Shown here piece by piece: positions 52,528 through 64,000 of a DNA stretch of 64,000 nucleotides. Location: the NCBI RefSeq assembly GCF_009914755.1, contig NC_060943.1; one strand, given 5' to 3'. Source of the stretch: the human T2T-CHM13v2.0 reference genome, Homo sapiens. The notes beneath the pieces were generated by a model that was given only the letters and a program-made list of their open reading frames with translations, ran no database searches and had not been told where the DNA came from. The translations under genes were made by a program, and so were the position numbers. Position 1 is the first letter of the stretch, and each line of letters starts with the position of its first letter.

Positions 52528-54286
52528 CTACAGCCTGGGTGACAAAGCCAGACTCCGCCTCAAAACAAGAACAACAACAAAGACCTTTACATATGCTATT
52601 CCCTTTGCCTCCAAACCCTTGAGCTGGGCGTGGTGGCTCATGCCTGTAATCCCAGCTACTCTGGGGGCTGAGACGGGAGGACTGCTGGAGCCCAGGAGTT
52701 CAAGGCTGCAGTGAGCTATGATCACACCGCTGTACTCCAGGCAGGGCAACAGAGCAAGACCCTGTCACTAAAACAAACAAACAAAATTCAAAGCCTTAGA
52801 GGACATCTACTCATTCTTTTTAGATTTGGTTTCCATGGTATTGTTTGTTTTTCATTGTTGTTTTTGTTTTTGTTTTATTTTGAGGCAGGGTCTGGTTTTG
52901 TCCCTCAGGCTGGAGTGAAGTGGTGTGATCATAGCTCACTGCAGCCTTGAACTCCTGGGCTCAAGCGATTCTTCTGCCTCAGCCTCCGGAGTAGCTGGGA
53001 CCACAAGTGTGCACCACCATGCTCAGCTATTTTTTTTTTTTTTTTTTTTTTAAAGACGGAGTCTCGCTCTGTAGCCCAGGCTGGAGTGCAGTGGCACCAT
53101 CTCGGCTCACTGCAAGCTCCGCCTCCTGGGTTCACCCGCCACTCTCCTGCCTCAGCCTCCCGAGTAGCTGGGACCACAGGCGCCCACCACAATGCCCGGC
53201 TAATTTTTATATTTTTAGTAGAGACGGGGTTTCACCGTGTTAGCCAGGATGGTCTCGATCTCCTGACCTTGTGATCCGCCGGCCTCGGCCTCCCAAGGTG
53301 TTGGGATTACAGGCGTGAGCCACTGCGCCCGGCCTATTTTTTTTTTAATCTTTTGTAGTGATGGGGTCTTGCTATATTGCCCAGGCTGGTCTGAAACTCC
53401 TGAGCTCAAGTGATCCTCCTGCCTCGGCCTCCTAAAGTGCTGGGGTTACAGGTGTAAGCCACCACACTTGCCCCCCAGAGCATTGTTGATGTTCTTTCCC
53501 CATTCAGCAAGCAGAGACCTTATGCCCCATTCCTCTGACACCCCGTTTCTGGCACCCCCTTCCTCTCTCCGCCTCAAGCTAACCATGGGGCTGAAGAAAT
53601 CTGTTTCTAATTCTGGGTCTCTTACAACCTGGGGACACCGAGCCTCCTCCCTGGAATCCCAGGATCATCCAGCAGCGGTGGGTTTATAGCATTTTGATTG
53701 AATAAATGAATGAGTCCATCAGTGAACACAGGATACGTTTCCAACATTCTAACCAAGCATGCGAACCGTTACGTCTTCATCTCTCCCCACATTGTAGCTA
53801 CAGGAACATACTTTCTCCTTTCTCAATCTGACCAGCTCTTCTTTGACTTCCAGAACTGAGCACATCTTTCCCTGCTCTCCTGCTATCCTTCCCCACTTGG
53901 CAAACTCCTATTCATCTTTCAAAACCCAACTCCTACATGTCCTTTTCTATGAAGTCTCCAAACACCTGGGGTGAGTTCTTGGGTGTTTCCTGTTTCTGTA
54001 ACCCTGACCATGAGCTGCTGGGCTCTGCATGCTCCCAAACAGAGCAGCAAGAAAGCAGGCTGGGTGCAGTGGCTCATGCCTATAATGCCAGCACTTTTAG
54101 AGATTGAGGCAGGCAGATCGCCTGAGGTCAGGAGTTTGAGAGCAACCTGGATGACCTGGTGAAACCCTGTCTCTGCAAAAAATACAAAAATTAGCTGGGG
54201 ATGGTGGTGCACACCTATAATCCCAGCACTTTGGGAGGCTGAGGCAGGCGGATCACAAAGTCAGGAGATCGAGACCATCCTGGCTA

Positions 54287-56115
<1,829 letters not shown>

Positions 56116-56265
56116 ACTCCACCCTTTTGAACTGTATGATTTATTAGCTATGGGTTTGGGATACTCAGAAGCGTTTTGGAGGAGAAGGTCTTGGGGAAGC
56201 CCTTTCTCACATAACTCTGATTCTATTCCTCATCCCCTGACCTGTTTGGAGAGAGGCTTTTTGAT

Positions 56266-56325
56266 ATAGAATAGAATAGAATAGAATAGAATAGAATAGA
56301 ATAGAATAGAATAGAATAGAATAGA
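56266..56325 (+). repeat. (ATAGA)12 pentanucleotide repeat
   Basis: Direct read. Confidence 0.95.
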
Positions 56326-56782
56326 TCCAGGTGTGTTTGTACCAGGGAAGGGTAAGTCTCGTTTTGTGCAACTTTTGTTTCTGTATGATACACATCTGGA
56401 AAGGCAGGTACAGGATGATGATGATGTAAAATTTCTTTCATAATAGGTGTTCTGATCAGAGGAGTTTGACAACTGCAGCCTTACCCGGTAGCTACAGGTG
56501 GCTCAATTTATTTTATCTGGGGACAGGCTACAGCAGAATCCAGTGGAGGACAATTTTGCCTGAGATAAGAACACACAGCTATACTCAGGCTCAGGACACA
56601 CTTGAATCAGCCCTTTCTAGGTGCTTTTTATTTTTTAGAGACAGGATATTACTCTGTTGCCCAGGCCGGAATACGGTGGTGCAGTAACAGGTTACTGCAG
56701 CTTCAAACTCCTGAACTCAAGCAATCCTCCTGCCTTAGCCTACCAGCTAGTTTTTATTTTTATTTTATTTTTAATTTTTTAA

Positions 56783-56965
<183 letters not shown>

Positions 56966-57016
56966 TAGCAGAGACGGGGTTTCACCGTGTTAGCCAGGAT
57001 GGTCTCGATTTCTTGA

Positions 57017-57388
<372 letters not shown>

Positions 57389-57989
57389 TAGTTTTTAAAT
57401 TTTGTGTAGGGACTGGGTCTTGCTATGTTGCTTAGGCTGGTCTTGAACTTCTGGCCTCAAGTGATCCTCCTGTCTCGACCTTCCAAAGTACTAGGATTAA
57501 AGGTGAGAGCCACCATACCCAGCCTCTCAGTGCCTTCTGCAAGGGCTCTCATCTGGGTGCAGGATGAAAACAGAACACTGGACCACAGTGGCTGCTGGGG
57601 ATTCCAGAGAGAAGAGCTCTAGAGCCCTTACCCATCATCTCAGCCTCGTAGGACCAATCATTCAGCTCCCTCCCATGTTAGAGGTGGGACTACTGAGGAC
57701 CGGGAACCATATCTCTGGCTAAGGAAGAGCAAGAATCAGTGAGACCGTGAGGATCCTGGAGTCTCATAATCCCACTTCCCAGGTATGGGAAGCCCCGGGG
57801 TGAAAGGCAACAGGGTCAGAGCAACCTGAGCCTCGGACTCTCCTCCCAGAAAAGTCTCCTGGACTCACCAAGTTTAAATCCTGGCTCTAATAACCAGGGT
57901 GACCCTGGGCACAGCCTTCAAACTCCTTGAACACCTGTTTTATCACCTGGAAAATGGGATGAAGTCTGTATCATATAGATTGCATCTAA

Positions 57990-58187
<198 letters not shown>

Positions 58188-58415
58188 TGAGTAGCTGGGA
58201 CTACAGGCGCCCGGCACCATGCCTGGCTAATTTTTTGTATTTTTAGCACAGACGGCATTTCACCACGTTGGCCAGGATGGTCTTGACCTCTTGACCTCAT
58301 GATCCACCCCCCTCGGCCTCCCAAAGTGCTGGGATTACAGGCGTGAGCCATAGCACCCAGCCAGCAAGCACTCTTCTGCTCACTGAGCAAGGCCTATGTG
58401 CAGGGCATAGAACTA

Positions 58416-59368
<953 letters not shown>

Positions 59369-59503
59369 TAGAGACAGGGTCTTGCTATGTTGCCCAGGCT
59401 GGTCTGGAACTCCTGGGCTCAAGCGATCTTCCTGCCTCTGCGTTCCAAATTGCTGGGGTTACAGGCATGAGCCATGGTGCTAGGTACATCCATGATTTTT
59501 TAG

Positions 59504-59761
<258 letters not shown>

Positions 59762-60239
59762 TAGTAGAGATGGGCTTTCACCACGTTGCCCAGGGCGATC
59801 TCCAACTCCTGAGCTCAGGCAATCCACCCACCTTGGCCTTCCAAAGTGCTAGGATTACAGACGTGAGCCACCGCGCCCAGCCAAGAGGTGAAACTTTTTA
59901 AATACTGAAACCAGGATAGTCCCAGGCACACTGGGACAAGTTGGTCAGTGGGTACAGCTGCAAACAAGACAGACACAATCACCTCTTCCAGGAAGCCTTT
60001 CCTGATTGGCCCACCCCCTCTAGCTCAGGGGCACCCTCTGCCTCCCCCTACCACAGCTGCCTCTGTGCCCTCCAAGAAGGCACCATCGCTCCCGGTTGCA
60101 AATGCCTGCAGTCACATCAGAGTTAGCTTAGGGAAGGCAGAGACCGGTTCTTTTCCTGGCCACCAATGTGTCTCCAAAACCTACCACAGAGCCTGGCATC
60201 AAGTAAAGACAAGTAAATGAATGAAAGCTGGCACTCTTT

Positions 60240-60345
60240 GGCTAACAGATGAGAAAACTAGGGCTGAGACAGGTGAACCACTCCAGCAAGATTCCCCAGT
60301 AAGGCTGTATGGGGAGGAACCGGGATTCGAACCGGCATCTGGCGA
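60240..60345 (-). mobile_element. MIR fragment with intact B-box
   Basis: ACAGATGAGAAAACT core and GGATTCGAACC (60323-60333). Confidence 0.7.
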
Positions 60346-60372
60346 GACTCCTTCACACACCCACGCACTCAC

Positions 60373-60465
60373 CGTGTTGTAGAACTCGGCCACCAGCTCC
60401 GAGTACTGGAAGTTGCTCTCACACCAGTCCACCTCGGAGCTCTGATAGGCGAAGATGCTAGGCAT
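60373..60465 (-). CDS. ACER1: Alkaline ceramidase 1, coding exon 1 (MPSIFAYQSSEVDWCESNFQYSELVAEFYNT)
   Basis: AAG ATG start, ceramidase DWCExN...EFYNT motif, GTGAGT donor at 60372-60371. Confidence 0.97.
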
Positions 60466-60770
60466 CTTGTCTCAGTGGCCACCACCAGCCGGCTGCGCCC
60501 GGCAGAGAGAAGGCGAGCTTGGGAAGGCTGGGCCCTGATGAGGCGGGGAGAGGACAGCCCGGTGCCCCGCGGCAGGCAGACTGGGAGGAAAAACCTGCTG
60601 GGCCGCTCCCCAGTTGCACCAGGGCAGCCTGGCTGTGCAGTGACAGCAGCCCTGAGCATAAGCCGTGGGACTGGCACTGTCCAGGCAGGGCAGGGGGCAG
60701 AAGTAGGCAGGGAAGAGGCCTCCCATCCAGATTACCCAGGAATAGGAATCGGGGTGGGGGCAGTGGAGGG
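60466..60770 (-). promoter_or_regulatory. ACER1: ACER1 5'UTR / proximal promoter
   Basis: Unique GC-rich stretch upstream of the ATG with GC-box GAGGCGGGGAG (~60540), bounded by Alus; exact TSS not determinable. Confidence 0.7.
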
Positions 60771-60789
60771 AACTGTTTTTATCTTTTAT

Positions 60790-64000
<3,211 letters not shown>

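Noticed and set aside
60142-60149. GRHL-like site GACCGGTT near the ACER1 5' end
   Set aside because: One mismatch in an 8-mer is expected by chance; cannot be supported from sequence alone.

Overview
Human/primate genomic DNA with very high Alu density, recognisable as the MLLT1(ENL)-ACER1 interval (chr19p13.3 by gene content). Minus strand: (i) the CpG-island promoter, exon 1 (coding M-D-N-Q) and start of intron 1 of MLLT1 at about 1-6500; (ii) the complete six-exon ACER1 alkaline ceramidase gene (ATG 60465, stop 32934; exon lengths 93+115+142+138+138+169 = 795 nt = 264 aa, all GT-AG introns). Between them lies a decayed ~13 kb two-LTR, tRNA-Pro-primed ERV1 provirus (MER52-type LTRs; gag/pro and env-tail remnants, no recognisable pol). 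It integrated into the middle of an Alu monomer (4-bp TSD GCAC) that itself sits in an old L1, and was later colonised by a THE1 LTR and many Alus. Nearly all ORFs in the supplied track are Alu, low-complexity or GC-rich artefacts. I do not see a clear-cut new multi-gene system. The best leads are: an anomalous ~270-bp CpG-retaining, non-repeat segment with a CTCF core and a hairpin+T-tract that abruptly truncates an Alu (26089-26360); a uORF plus in-frame near-cognate poly-Gly extension between two CGG tracts in the MLLT1 5'UTR; two locally templated inverted insertions; structurally mismatched LTRs; a cryptic Pol III A/B-box unit over ACER1 exon 1; and several old local duplications. Repeat family names are from recall of consensus sequences, and repeat boundaries are approximate.
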